Assembly (NCBI GenBank): GCA_017935095.1
Contig: JAGBIH010000016.1
Location: 255-64,254, forward strand
DNA: 64,000 nt
Direction of reading: 5' to 3'
Origin: Ruminococcus sp.
GTDB taxonomy: Bacteria > Bacillota > Clostridia > Oscillospirales > Ruminococcaceae
The notes under the pieces: model-generated
Databases searched by the model: none
What the model was told of the DNA's origin: nothing
What the model saw: only the letters and a program-made list of their open reading frames with translations
Made by a program: the position numbers and the translations under genes
Part shown: in pieces, positions 16,895-27,372 of the stretch
Layout: each line of letters opens with the position of its first letter
Numbering within the stretch: the first letter of the stretch is position 1

Positions 16895-17108
16895 GGCTGC
16901 TCCTTTCCAGTTCATCAATACGATGATTGACGATTTTAATCTGTTCCTCCACCACAGGGAGTCTGCGGGCGAAATTATTGTGCTCCGCAACACGCTTTTC
17001 AAGCTGCTCGATACGGTAGTTGGTAAGCTTAGAGCTTACCAGTATTCCGCCGAGCGAGCCGCCCAGAGTTCCCAGCAGAGAAATTATGGATATAATAACC
17101 TCGTTCAT
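16875..17108 (-). CDS. Phage lysis-module small membrane / coiled-coil protein
   Basis: N-terminal TM then YRIEQLEKRVAEHNNFARRLPVVEEQIK, typical of Firmicute phage lysis regions. Confidence 0.7.
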   Translation of the reverse strand: MNEVIISIISLLGTLGGSLGGILVSSKLTNYRIEQLEKRVAEHNNFARRLPVVEEQIKIVNHRIDELERSSHERKAD

Positions 17109-17281
17109 GCTTCACCTCCCTTAAAGGGAGGGAAAAGCCGATGATTCAACTCAGAAGCATTGAATAATCGTAAAAATTTACAAAAAGTTCAAAAAGCGAT
17201 GAGCGTAGTAATATGCAATAATTTAAGTAAGATGTTTCCTTAAATTATCTGAGAGGTTTGAATAATATTCATTAAAACTAC

Positions 17282-17310
17282 TTGACAAAATGTGGATAAA
17301 CGGTTATAAT
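17282..17310 (+). promoter_or_regulatory. sigmaA promoter of the GH26 gene
   Basis: Perfect TTGACA-17-TATAAT. Confidence 0.75.
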
Positions 17311-17385
17311 ATAGGTGATAAGAGACAATTAATTAATATCATAAATAAAGTAATATTTTATTAAATTTTAAAGGAGGATATTAAA

Positions 17386-19407
17386 ATGAAATCAAATCTG
17401 AAAAGGTTTATCTCAGTGACTGCGGCGGCTGCAATGGCAGCAGTTCAGTGTGCTTCAACAGGTCTGTTCAACGCAGCTGCTATCGAGGATGGCGAGGTTA
17501 TCTATTCCGGTGAGTGCGAAAGCTTTGAGGACGTTGAAAAGGTTTGGACATCAATCTATGAAACTCAGCTTCCCGGATATTCGGGCGAAGGCTTTGTTTA
17601 TCTCTCAGGTACCAGCTATACCCTCAATGTTGAAGCACCTGAGGAAGGTATGTACGAGATTAAGGTTAAATATGCCCAGATTCTTGATGAAACCGCTCGT
17701 ATGCAGACCATTGTCATCAACGGCAGGGAGTATACAATGAATTTCCCTTATGCTGATGAATGGACAGAAATAAGCATGGGTGTATTCCGACTCAAGGAAG
17801 GTGTGAACGAAATTACTCTTAAACCACAGTACGGATATGCTGCCTATGACACAATGACAATTTCAAAGGCAATTTCTCACGATTACTCAAAGGCTACAGA
17901 CCAGCTTACCGACCCTAAGGCTACTGACGAAGCAAAGGCTCTTATGAAGTATCTCAAGAGCGTTTACGGAAGTCACATCATCTCAGGTCAGCAGGAAATT
18001 TACGGCGGCGGAAGCGATGCTCATAAGATTTCAGCTTCAATCCGTTACGATGCAGCTTCAAAAAGTTTTGTTGACGGCGACGGCAACATATATACCTATA
18101 ATGAGGAGGACGTGGCAACAGCAGACGACGGTTCAACCTTCGTATGGAAATGCTATGATAAAAACGGAAAGAAATTTGAATATAATCAGCAGAACCGCAA
18201 TTATTCATGCACCAATTATGATCTTGAATTCGATTATATCTATGATATTTCAGGAAAATATCCTGCTATCAGAGGCTTTGATATGATGAACTACAATCCT
18301 CTCTACGGCTGGGAGGACGGTTCTACCGAGCGTCTTATCGACTGGGTGAATAAGAGAGGCGGTATTGCAACAGTTGCATGGCATATCAATGTACCAATTG
18401 ACTTCGAAAACTATGAGGTCGGCGATGTTCTTGACTGGAAGGACTGTACCTATAAGAATTATCAGGTTTCAAACAGCACCTTCAATACAGCAAATGTTCT
18501 TGTAGAAGGCTCAAAGGAAAGAGAGTACTTTGAGGCTGCAATGGAGGACCTTGCAGAACAGCTTCTGCTTTGTCAGGAGGCAGGCGTTCCGATTATCTTC
18601 CGTCCTCTTCACGAGGCTCAGGGTAATGAAGGCAACTATAGCGACGGTACTGCATGGTTCTGGTGGGGCGACAGAGGTGCTGAGGTATATAAGGAGCTCT
18701 GGAAGCTTCTCTATACAACCATGACAGAAACCTATGGTCTCCATAATCTTATCTGGGAGTTCAACAGCTATAATTACTCAAATTCACATACATGGTATCC
18801 GGGTGATGAGTATGTAGATATCGTTGCTTACGATAAGTATAATGTTGAATACAACAGAGGAGACGGAAATTCAAGCGGTCCGAACGTAATTGCAATTTCA
18901 TCAATCTTCAACTACATATTTGAGCTTGTTGATGGTAAAAAAATGATTGCAATGTCAGAAAACGATACAGTTCCTACTGTTGAAAATATGGTTATCGAGG
19001 ATGCAGGCTGGCTCTACTTCTGTCCATGGTACGGCGATTATCTCATGAGCGAAAGATATCAGGACGCAGATACGCTTGCCGGAATTTATAAGAGCGATTA
19101 TTGTATCACACTTGACGAGCTTCCGGCTGACCTTTATGAATTTGACGGCAGCAATGTAACACCTCCGCAGGGAACAACCGGCAACGAGGATATAGCTTAT
19201 GGTGACGCAAACTGCGATGATGAGATAAACATGGCAGATGCTGTACTTATCATGCAGTCACTTGCAAATCCTGATAAATATGTTATCAGTGAACAGGGAC
19301 AGATTTATGCAGATGTAAGCGGAAACAAGGATGGCATTACAAATAAGGATGCACTTGCAATCCAGAAATACAAGCTTGGTCTTATTGCTTCACTCCCTGA
19401 GGCATAA
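17386..19407 (+). CDS. Cellulosomal beta-mannanase: signal peptide, CBM35-like module, GH26, dockerin
   Basis: GYSGEGFV, SGQQE, RPLHE acid/base, WFWWG, WYPGD, AMSEN nucleophile, GDANCD..NMADAVLIMQ dockerin. Confidence 0.9.
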   Translation: MKSNLKRFISVTAAAAMAAVQCASTGLFNAAAIEDGEVIYSGECESFEDVEKVWTSIYETQLPGYSGEGFVYLSGTSYTLNVEAPEEGMYEIKVKYAQILDETARMQTIVINGREYTMNFPYADEWTEISMGVFRLKEGVNEITLKPQYGYAAYDTMTISKAISHDYSKATDQLTDPKATDEAKALMKYLKSVYGSHIISGQQEIYGGGSDAHKISASIRYDAASKSFVDGDGNIYTYNEEDVATADDGSTFVWKCYDKNGKKFEYNQQNRNYSCTNYDLEFDYIYDISGKYPAIRGFDMMNYNPLYGWEDGSTERLIDWVNKRGGIATVAWHINVPIDFENYEVGDVLDWKDCTYKNYQVSNSTFNTANVLVEGSKEREYFEAAMEDLAEQLLLCQEAGVPIIFRPLHEAQGNEGNYSDGTAWFWWGDRGAEVYKELWKLLYTTMTETYGLHNLIWEFNSYNYSNSHTWYPGDEYVDIVAYDKYNVEYNRGDGNSSGPNVIAISSIFNYIFELVDGKKMIAMSENDTVPTVENMVIEDAGWLYFCPWYGDYLMSERYQDADTLAGIYKSDYCITLDELPADLYEFDGSNVTPPQGTTGNEDIAYGDANCDDEINMADAVLIMQSLANPDKYVISEQGQIYADVSGNKDGITNKDALAIQKYKLGLIASLPEA

Positions 19408-19911
19408 TCAAAAAGCTGTCCGGATTTCAGATTGATAGCGATATAGAAATATTACAAAGGTACTTTTGATATCAGTGTCAGAAGTACCTTTTTTTCAGAA
19501 TGTTTCTACTCTCTGATTTTAAGCACTTCAGGAAACTAACGCACATTTAACGGGATGCGCTATGGCAGTCACCCATAGGGAAGAAATAAAACCGATTGAG
19601 AGCAAACATTGTTTATAAAATGAATACAAATCAAAACGCCATACGAGCAACAAAAGCAAGTGTGGCGTTTTTTATATCATAATACTCTCAATAACTTTTA
19701 CTTCTGGAAGTGACAGAATTCAAGATACAAAGCACAAGCACTGGTTGTTCTTGTGTTTTGTTTAAATCACACAAAAATGTGTTGCGATAATATGAATTTA
19801 TATAAATAATATTGATTTATATGGAACTATTTGGTATAATATAACAGTGTATTAAAGTGCTATTGTGATAATACTATATTAATTTAGAATTAAATTGAAA
19901 GGAGAAATTTT

Positions 19912-20700
19912 ATGATAAAGAAAATATTAAGTTTATTTTTCTGTATGATTACGTTTTCTGGTGTAATATGTGGCTGTGATAGAACTCCAAACAAAATGGA
20001 TGAATATAAATCACTTGATACCGATAAGGCAGCAAAAGTGGCTTTGGAATATATGAATAATAAATATGATAAAGAGTTTCAAGTTGTTAGTAGTGAAAAG
20101 GATGCGAACTACAGCTTTGTGCCCGGCGCAATTCAGGATTGCTGGTGTGATGTTGAGTTTAAAATTAAAGATTCAGAATCAGACGAAACATATACAGTTC
20201 GTGTCATCAATACTGAAAATAAAGAAGAATATATTATTAAATGGGATAATTATATGACCACTATTGCAACTACTCTAGTAGAAAGAGAAATTAATAGTAT
20301 AATTTCTGAAATGAAACTTAGTAATTATTTTATATATTCATGGGATATCGGTGAAAAAGGTGTAGGCGGTACTGTAGGAAATAAGGGGTTTAAACCTAAT
20401 TTCCATATTGATATTGAGAATGATACACTAAGTTCTGTTATGGAGAAAAATGAAATGTGGGTCTGCTTTAACTTGTATCTTCCTGAATCTGATTATAATA
20501 AGAGTCTTGTATCTGATTTTGAAAAAACTTTAAAATCGGTCATGTCACATGAAAACTTAGATGATTATGTCAGTGTATCAGTTTTGTTTTTCGATGATGA
20601 TTACTATTCTGAAATCAAAAAAATTAATGAAAATGGGAGTGAACTTCCACTAAATCATGAGTATAAAGCGATACACGAAGATGTTATAAAATTAAATTAA
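19912..20700 (+). CDS. AT-rich hypothetical lipoprotein
   Basis: Signal peptide with ICGC lipobox, GAAAGGAG RBS, TGGTATAAT promoter, visibly lower GC than flanks. Confidence 0.75.
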   Translation: MIKKILSLFFCMITFSGVICGCDRTPNKMDEYKSLDTDKAAKVALEYMNNKYDKEFQVVSSEKDANYSFVPGAIQDCWCDVEFKIKDSESDETYTVRVINTENKEEYIIKWDNYMTTIATTLVEREINSIISEMKLSNYFIYSWDIGEKGVGGTVGNKGFKPNFHIDIENDTLSSVMEKNEMWVCFNLYLPESDYNKSLVSDFEKTLKSVMSHENLDDYVSVSVLFFDDDYYSEIKKINENGSELPLNHEYKAIHEDVIKLN

Positions 20701-20879
20701 AATATATTAAGGAGAATCAATTATGGTTTATCAAACAAAATAAAACAAAACATCCCACAGAGTTTTTTCATACTCTGTGGGATGAACTTTTATATGACTA
20801 TTCATTTTTTTCGGAGATTATATTCATTAAAGGGATGCCATGTCTTGCAGGTCGTTCCTTTTTGATAAACAGTCTGCTG

Positions 20880-21869
20880 CTATTCGTTTATACTGTAGTC
20901 CTTGAAACTGATATTCAAGTCAACCTCGCCGGAAATGCCGGGGACTTTGCCTGTGCTTGAATACTGCCACATCTGATAATCGTAGTAATATGTAGGCTTA
21001 GTGCCGTACTCAGCAAGCCAGAAGTCATAGTTCTGAAGTCTTGGCAGATCGAGCTTGTACATTGTTGTATTTTTATTCTGATAAATCATAGGAGTATATC
21101 CGGCGGATTTTACTCTCTCGCAGAAAGCAATGCAGCTGTCGGCGAGGTCCTCAACGGTAACCTTATCAGTTCTTGCAGAGTCACCGTAGATAAGCTCCCA
21201 GTCAAAAATCACGGGGTAAGTGATATTGTAAGGAGCGATAGCGTCAATAACGATATCAGCCTCCTCTATAGCCTCGTCGGCGTTCAGCGCCTGAGAGAAG
21301 AAGTAAACTCCGACCTTTATACCGGCTTCATCCGCCTCACGCAGATTCTTCTGAAAGTTTTTGTCGAGTGTGATGTCTCCGCCGCCATAGGTACGGTAAC
21401 CGATACGGATAATAGCGAAGTCGATACCTGCGGCTTTAACCTGATTCCAGTCGATATCTCCCTGATGCTCAGAAACGTCAACACCTGCAATGGAGGTGAT
21501 TTCGTTGTTTTCTTTATAGAATGAGTAGCCATTACGGGTGATAATTGAATTCATATTCAGTGAACAGGCAGGTACATCCTTGAAGACCGGCATGAATATT
21601 TCACCAAGAGTGCTGTCGTGCATGAGGATTTTTTTACCGTCGAGCTGGTAGAAGGCCTCCTCCTTTTCGATAACGGCTCTTGTGCGGATTTCAGGTTCGT
21701 CGCTGAAGTCTGAAGCATCTGCGTTTACAGGAACTGCGGTATTATCGGGGTGAAGCTTATCACGCAGAAAAGCCACCCATATAAGTACCGCCATTAGAAA
21801 AAATATTATCAGGGCTTCAATTACTGCGAGTATTTTGAAGCGGTTATACTTTCGTGGTTTATCGGACAT
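20880..21869 (-). CDS. Membrane-anchored GH25 muramidase
   Basis: N-terminal TM, GVDVSEHQG, GVYFFSQA, IFDWE, MWQYS. Confidence 0.88.
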   Translation of the reverse strand: MSDKPRKYNRFKILAVIEALIIFFLMAVLIWVAFLRDKLHPDNTAVPVNADASDFSDEPEIRTRAVIEKEEAFYQLDGKKILMHDSTLGEIFMPVFKDVPACSLNMNSIITRNGYSFYKENNEITSIAGVDVSEHQGDIDWNQVKAAGIDFAIIRIGYRTYGGGDITLDKNFQKNLREADEAGIKVGVYFFSQALNADEAIEEADIVIDAIAPYNITYPVIFDWELIYGDSARTDKVTVEDLADSCIAFCERVKSAGYTPMIYQNKNTTMYKLDLPRLQNYDFWLAEYGTKPTYYYDYQMWQYSSTGKVPGISGEVDLNISFKDYSINE

Positions 21870-21901
21870 TTTATCCCTCCGGAATATGTAGGTAATACAT
21901 T

Positions 21902-22255
21902 TTATTCGTTCTGGGTGCAATTTATCCGCAGCTCAGGCAGAAACTTTCCGACAGACTCTCTTTGGTAGGATTCAGCAGCATCAGAATCAAAAAATTCCGT
22001 GAACAGTGCATTATTTCTGATGAGTGCGAGCTTCTGAGCTCGTGTCAGGTGCTTGATATTCCATTCCAGCTTTGAGGCAAGACTGCGGTTTTCGGTACTC
22101 CACAGTGCCTCAAGAGCTTCTGCCTTATGAGAGCGTGTGAATTTTGCACATTTTTCCGTCTGACGAAAATGCTCGTTCATACGTCTTTTTATATCAGTGG
22201 TGATTCCCGTATACAGCTTATCACCGCAGCATCTGATAATATACACAAAGTACAT
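21902..22255 (-). CDS. GIY-YIG nuclease family protein (UPF0213)
   Basis: YFVYIIRC..LYTGITTD..RR..EH...AKFTR. Confidence 0.85.
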   Translation of the reverse strand: MYFVYIIRCCGDKLYTGITTDIKRRMNEHFRQTEKCAKFTRSHKAEALEALWSTENRSLASKLEWNIKHLTRAQKLALIRNNALFTEFFDSDAAESYQRESVGKFLPELRINCTQNE

Positions 22256-24528
22256 TATTTCTGCTTGATCCTGAAGCTGCTGTTGTGGAGTCTGCTTGCA
22301 TCAAAGCCCTTGGGCTTACGTTCCTCACGCTTTTTTGCAGGCTTCTGACGTGGCTGCTGCTTTTTTTCCTCTTCATCGTTAAGACGCATAGTGAGTGAGA
22401 TTCTGTTTCTCTTTACGTCAACGTCAAGAACACGTACCTTTACGATTTCTCCTACTTTGACAGCTTCAAGAGGGTGCTTGATGAAGCGGCTGCAAATCTG
22501 TGATATATGCACAAGACCGTCCTCGTGCACGCCGATATCCACGAAAACACCAAAGTCGATGATATTGCGTACAGTTCCCACAAGCTCCATACCCGGCTTG
22601 AGGTCCTTGATTTCCATAACATCACCGCTTCTCAGGAGTGGAGGAGGAAGCTCATCACGGAGGTCACGTCCCGGCTTTTTAAGCTCACCTATAATATCGG
22701 TAAGTGTAGGTACGCCGATTCCGAGAGTGCTGCTGATATTTTCAATGCCGATATTTTCAGCTTTTTCGTTAATTCCTGCAGCTCCGCCGTTGGAGACATC
22801 AGCAAGAGTGAAGCCGCACTCGCTGAGGAGTGATGAAGCTGCGGCATAGCTTTCAGGGTGAACAGCGGTATTGTCGAGAGGATTTTTTCCGTCACGTACC
22901 CTGAGGAAGCCTGCACACTGTTCAAAAGCCTTTTTGCCGAGCTTCGGAACCTTCATAAGCTCCTTGCGGTCGGTGAACTTACCGTTTTCCTCACGGTAAG
23001 CAACTATATTTTTTGCAACTGCTGCGTTGATTCCTGAAATATATGAAAGCAGCGAGTGTGAAGCTGTGTTAAGGTCAACGCCGACGGAGTTTACGCAATC
23101 CTCAACGACGCCTGAGAGAGCGTCGCTCATACGTGCCTGCGGCATATCGTGCTGATACTGACCAACGCCGATTGCCTTAGGTTCGATTTTAACAAGCTCT
23201 GCAAGCGGGTCCTGTAAGCGGCGTGCAATTGAAACGGCGCTTCTGAGAGAAACGTCATAATCGGGGAATTCCTCGGCAGCAAGCTTTGAAGCTGAGTAAA
23301 CAGAGGCACCTGCCTCGCTGACAACCATATAGCTTACCTTCTGGGGGATTTCCTTCAGCAGCTCTGCGACAAAGGCTTCTGTCTCACGTGAAGCGGTACC
23401 GTTTCCGATAGAAATAGTTGAGACATTATGCTTCTGAATGAGTGTCTTTACGATTTTCTTTGAGCCTTCTATATTGGTTTTAGGACCTGGGGTAGGATAA
23501 ATTACATTTGTATCGAGAACCTTGCCTGTCGTGTCGATAACAGCGACCTTGCAGCCTGTTCTGTATCCGGGGTCAAGACCGAGGATAGTGCTGTTTTTCA
23601 GCGGCGGCTGAAGAAGAAGCTGACGGAGATTCGAGGCAAATACCTTGATAGCCTGTTCAGCGGCATTTGCAGTCATTTCGGAGCGTATTTCACGTTCGAT
23701 TGACGGGAAAATAAGTCTCTTGTAGCTGTCCTCTGCTGCGGCACGGACAAGCTCTCCGCAGGCATTATTGTTTTTGATGTATTTATTGAGGATAATACCT
23801 GTTGCACTGATTTCGTCAAGGGTAACAGAGACCTTGAGGAAGCCCTCTTTTTCACCACGGTCAAGGGCGAGTACACGGTGATTTGCAACCTTCGGGACAG
23901 GCTCGCTGTACTCATAATAATTAGTATAAACGCTTTCAGCCTCAGCGTCGGACGCTTTAGAAACAAGCTCACCCTTTTCACCGGCAAGTGTACGGAGCTT
24001 TTTACGTATATCAGCGTCGTCTGAGATATCCTCAGCGATAATATCCATAGCGCCCTGAAGAGCTGTTTTAACGTCGGGGACGTTCTTTTCGTCGCTGACA
24101 AAGGCCTCAGCCTCTTTTTCAGGGTCAGCAGAGCTGTTTTGTTCCATGATGAGAGCTGCAAGCGGTTCAAGACCATTTTCACGGGCAATGCTTGCACGTG
24201 TACGTCTTTTCGGCTTGAACGGGCGATATATATCCTCAACCTCCACAAGAGTTGTTGCGGCATTGATAGCAGCTTCGATTTCGGGAGTCATTTTTTCCTG
24301 TTCAGTAATAGCGGAAGTGATTTCCTCCTTGCGTTTTTCAAGATTTCTCAGGTACATGAGTCTGTCATACAGCTCACGGAGAATCTGGTCGTCGAGTGAG
24401 CCTGTAAGCTCTTTACGGTAACGTGCAATAAACGGGATAGTCTTATCGTCGTCGATGAGAGCGACGGTATTGTCTACCTGTTCCTGACGAAGTGAGAATT
24501 CTTTTGCAAGTGTCTTATTGATATCCAT
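22255..24528 (-). CDS. tex: Tex RNA-binding transcriptional accessory protein
   Basis: TIPFIARYRKE, GLDPGYRTGCK, SIARRLQDPLAELVKI, C-terminal S1 domain. Confidence 0.93.
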   Translation of the reverse strand: MDINKTLAKEFSLRQEQVDNTVALIDDDKTIPFIARYRKELTGSLDDQILRELYDRLMYLRNLEKRKEEITSAITEQEKMTPEIEAAINAATTLVEVEDIYRPFKPKRRTRASIARENGLEPLAALIMEQNSSADPEKEAEAFVSDEKNVPDVKTALQGAMDIIAEDISDDADIRKKLRTLAGEKGELVSKASDAEAESVYTNYYEYSEPVPKVANHRVLALDRGEKEGFLKVSVTLDEISATGIILNKYIKNNNACGELVRAAAEDSYKRLIFPSIEREIRSEMTANAAEQAIKVFASNLRQLLLQPPLKNSTILGLDPGYRTGCKVAVIDTTGKVLDTNVIYPTPGPKTNIEGSKKIVKTLIQKHNVSTISIGNGTASRETEAFVAELLKEIPQKVSYMVVSEAGASVYSASKLAAEEFPDYDVSLRSAVSIARRLQDPLAELVKIEPKAIGVGQYQHDMPQARMSDALSGVVEDCVNSVGVDLNTASHSLLSYISGINAAVAKNIVAYREENGKFTDRKELMKVPKLGKKAFEQCAGFLRVRDGKNPLDNTAVHPESYAAASSLLSECGFTLADVSNGGAAGINEKAENIGIENISSTLGIGVPTLTDIIGELKKPGRDLRDELPPPLLRSGDVMEIKDLKPGMELVGTVRNIIDFGVFVDIGVHEDGLVHISQICSRFIKHPLEAVKVGEIVKVRVLDVDVKRNRISLTMRLNDEEEKKQQPRQKPAKKREERKPKGFDASRLHNSSFRIKQK

Positions 24529-24590
24529 TTCATTATCCTTTCTTTTTTGACGAGACACATAATAAGAGTCTCATCGGTGCAATGGGGTAT

Positions 24591-25562
24591 TTATTCAGCG
24601 CTGACTGTTACAGCGTCTGATGATTCATAATTGAAGCGATCAATCCATGAAAACAGTGTTTTAGCGATGTCCTTCCAGACGTTGCTGTTATTTTTTTCAT
24701 TGAGAATATCGTGGCGCATACCGTCGAACAAGCGGTGCGAGATACTTTCGTAGCCTGCTTTTTCAAGGAGCTGTATAGCCTTGAAGAACTTTTTCTCTGA
24801 GAGCATACAGGGGTCGTCCTTGCCTGAGACAAATCTTACAGGCAGGTGAGGATTGTTGACTTTCCAGCCTCTTTTTGAGTAGGCCTCCTGCATGAGATAG
24901 AGCAGACCTTCATAGCCGTTGAGAGTGACCTTGAAGCTGCAAAGCGGGTCGGCATTGAAGGCTTCAACGGATTCGATGTCACTGCATCTCCAGAGGTTAG
25001 GCACAGAGAGGTCGAATTTATTATACGCAGCCTCAAAAGCGTTGTAGATTTTTTCACTTCTGAATCGGCTTCCCGGTTTTTGAGCGGAAGCGGAATTAAT
25101 AGCTCTTACGAAGCCTGAAAAGGGACTGTAGCACAGACAGCCGGTCACTACAAGACCGTCAATATCGCTGTCATGCTCTTTAATGAAGCAGCGTGCGCCG
25201 AGAGAGCCCATTCCCTGACCAATCATAAACAGAGGCAGGTTGGGATAGGTTTCCCTTATAATTTTATTGAGCTGGGCAATGTCGCTCACAAAGCCCTGAC
25301 CGCCGTTTCTGAACATAAATCCCAGATCTTCGGGAGAGCAGATACTTTTTCCGTGACCACGGTTATCATGAATAACGGTAATGAAGCCTTCGCTTGCGAG
25401 GTAGTCCATAAAAGGGTAGTAGCGTTCCTTATGCTCATTCATACCATGTATAATCTGAACAACGCCGCTGATATTTTCTGAGGGGATAGCAATAACGGCT
25501 GAAATAACAAGCTCATCGAAAGCCGAGGTGAATTCAAATTCCTTTAGATCCGCATTCAGCAT
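24591..25562 (-). CDS. Alpha/beta hydrolase (lysophospholipase-like) lacking the nucleophile Ser
   Basis: IIHGMNEH..RY, DNRGHG, GQGMG in place of GHSMG, GKDDP, RHDILNE. Confidence 0.8.
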   Translation of the reverse strand: MLNADLKEFEFTSAFDELVISAVIAIPSENISGVVQIIHGMNEHKERYYPFMDYLASEGFITVIHDNRGHGKSICSPEDLGFMFRNGGQGFVSDIAQLNKIIRETYPNLPLFMIGQGMGSLGARCFIKEHDSDIDGLVVTGCLCYSPFSGFVRAINSASAQKPGSRFRSEKIYNAFEAAYNKFDLSVPNLWRCSDIESVEAFNADPLCSFKVTLNGYEGLLYLMQEAYSKRGWKVNNPHLPVRFVSGKDDPCMLSEKKFFKAIQLLEKAGYESISHRLFDGMRHDILNEKNNSNVWKDIAKTLFSWIDRFNYESSDAVTVSAE

Positions 25563-25684
25563 AAAAATCCTCCTGTCTTGTGTATAAGCGTATATCATTA
25601 AAATTATATCATATATCGGCAAATAAAGCAAGAGTTTTATTTTGAGTTAAAATGTCGGAGATGATTGATGTGTTTTAATGATAA

Positions 25685-25702
25685 ACGATAAATTTTTATC
25701 GT
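25685..25702. promoter_or_regulatory. Palindromic operator ACGATAAA-tt-TTTATCGT, with further CGATAA half-sites near the promoter
   Basis: 8-bp palindrome upstream of the DUF2975/HTH pair. Confidence 0.45.
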
Positions 25703-25868
25703 GTATTATGTGTAATTAAGGCGTTTTTAAGACGGTGTTTACTGTGCGATTTGTAGAAAATTAACGATAAACGATAAAATTTAGTTGACAAACGCTAATG
25801 TGTGGTGTATACTGAGTACATCAGCTGAGAACAACACAAATAATAATCAAAAAGGGAGAAATACTATC

Positions 25869-26534
25869 ATGAAAAATGAAAATGTAAAAAAAATCAATAC
25901 AATCGGCAAGGTTGGCTATATAATACTTATAATTACAAAAATAATTTTAATTGTAAGTGCTGTGGCTATGGTTGCGGTCGGAATGTTAATGCTGTTTATG
26001 CCGGATGATTTTGTTACGATAAACGGAAATGCAGACGCTGAAATTGTTGTAAATACAGGTGATCTTCCGTCTTTTATCGGAGACAATGTGGTAAAAATCG
26101 AGGAAAGTGATATAAAATTCAATAACTTTTTTATTGATCTTGATTTTTTAATCAAGGAAAATAAAATCAGTGATAATAAAAGAAGCTATGATATTGAAGC
26201 TTCTGTAGAAGAGCTTGACGGCAGAGTTATTGCTATTGCAAGTTCAGTAGCCTGCTTCGTCGGAGCAATTATGCTTGTATTATGGACAATAGTTGTAAGC
26301 TTTGGAATCAAGCTTGCAAAGGCATTAAGGGACTGCGATTCACCGTTTGAACAGAATGTTATTTTAAGGATGAAGCGTTTTGGTATTGCACTGCTGCCTC
26401 TTGGCATCGGCACAATCTTCTTACACGGAGTCCTGAGTCTTACTACAATACTGCTTATTCTGGTTGTTCTGCTTTTCGTATTCATCTTCAATTACGGTGC
26501 ACAGCTTCAGCAGGAATCCGACGAAACATTATAA
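25869..26534 (+). CDS. DUF2975-like membrane protein
   Basis: Multiple TMs, SPF motif, C-terminal YGAQLQQESDETL, followed by an HTH gene. Confidence 0.75.
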   Translation: MKNENVKKINTIGKVGYIILIITKIILIVSAVAMVAVGMLMLFMPDDFVTINGNADAEIVVNTGDLPSFIGDNVVKIEESDIKFNNFFIDLDFLIKENKISDNKRSYDIEASVEELDGRVIAIASSVACFVGAIMLVLWTIVVSFGIKLAKALRDCDSPFEQNVILRMKRFGIALLPLGIGTIFLHGVLSLTTILLILVVLLFVFIFNYGAQLQQESDETL

Positions 26535-26546
26535 TGAGGTGAGGAG

Positions 26547-26759
26547 ATGTCAATTATACTCAGACTTGATCGTGTAATGGCTGACAGGAAAATGAGCCTT
26601 AATGAGCTCAGCGAGCGTGTAGGAGTAAGCAATGTGAATCTTTCAAAGCTGAAAACAGGAAAGGTGAGCGCAATACGCTTCTCAACCCTGAACGCTATCT
26701 GTAAGGTGCTTGAATGTCAGCCGGGTGATATACTGGAATTTATAGACGACGGCGAATAA
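26547..26759 (+). CDS. Cro/CI-type (YozG-like) HTH regulator
   Basis: NLSKLKTGKVSAIRFSTL..IC..L.CQPGDILE. Confidence 0.88.
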   Translation: MSIILRLDRVMADRKMSLNELSERVGVSNVNLSKLKTGKVSAIRFSTLNAICKVLECQPGDILEFIDDGE

Positions 26760-26852
26760 GGAAAATTATTCCGTAATGAATAAATCTCCGCAGAGGTGAT
26801 ACAATAAATGCAGTTCCACAGGAGCTGAAATAATACCGAAGGAGATCTTCAA

Positions 26853-27035
26853 ATGGAAAATAAGATGAAAAACGATAACATCAAATGTACTGTTTCTCAG
26901 TGTCAGCACAACATGGTGACTGAGAATTACTGTTCTCTCAAGTGCATTTCCGTTGGCACACATGAAGAGAACCCGACAGTTCCCGAATGTACAGACTGTA
27001 ACTCTTTCGTAAAGAGAACAGGTTGCTGCGGCTAA
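26853..27035 (+). CDS. DUF1540 Cys-rich small protein
   Basis: IKCTVSQCQHN...YCSL..ISVG...TDCNSF. Confidence 0.75.
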   Translation: MENKMKNDNIKCTVSQCQHNMVTENYCSLKCISVGTHEENPTVPECTDCNSFVKRTGCCG

Positions 27036-27372
27036 AACCTGAATGCCCGAGGTATGGATTACTTCGGGCATTATCGTTTACCGACCATACTCTGATATGA
27101 ATATTTCTCTCCGAAAAACTGCTGAATTCTCTGTTTTGCCGGAGGGTAATACATATTGTGCAAAATCAATAAAACTAACAGTAAAATACGGTCAAATCGG
27201 AAAAATTCCGCTTGCCCCTTGCAATGTTGCTTGTTTTAGGGTATAATATTTATTGATAGGACAATTAAATCATGAGTAAAATGCGACTCTGCAGTTAGTT
27301 GACTTATTAAAATAAGCTTCTTGTTTGATGCACTATCACCTGAAGTATTCTACCGTCAGGAGGCTGATTATT

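Noticed and set aside
27255-27372. Possible structured leader of ireB
   Set aside because: Only a short CCTGA/TCAGG stem near the RBS, with no recognisable riboswitch motif.
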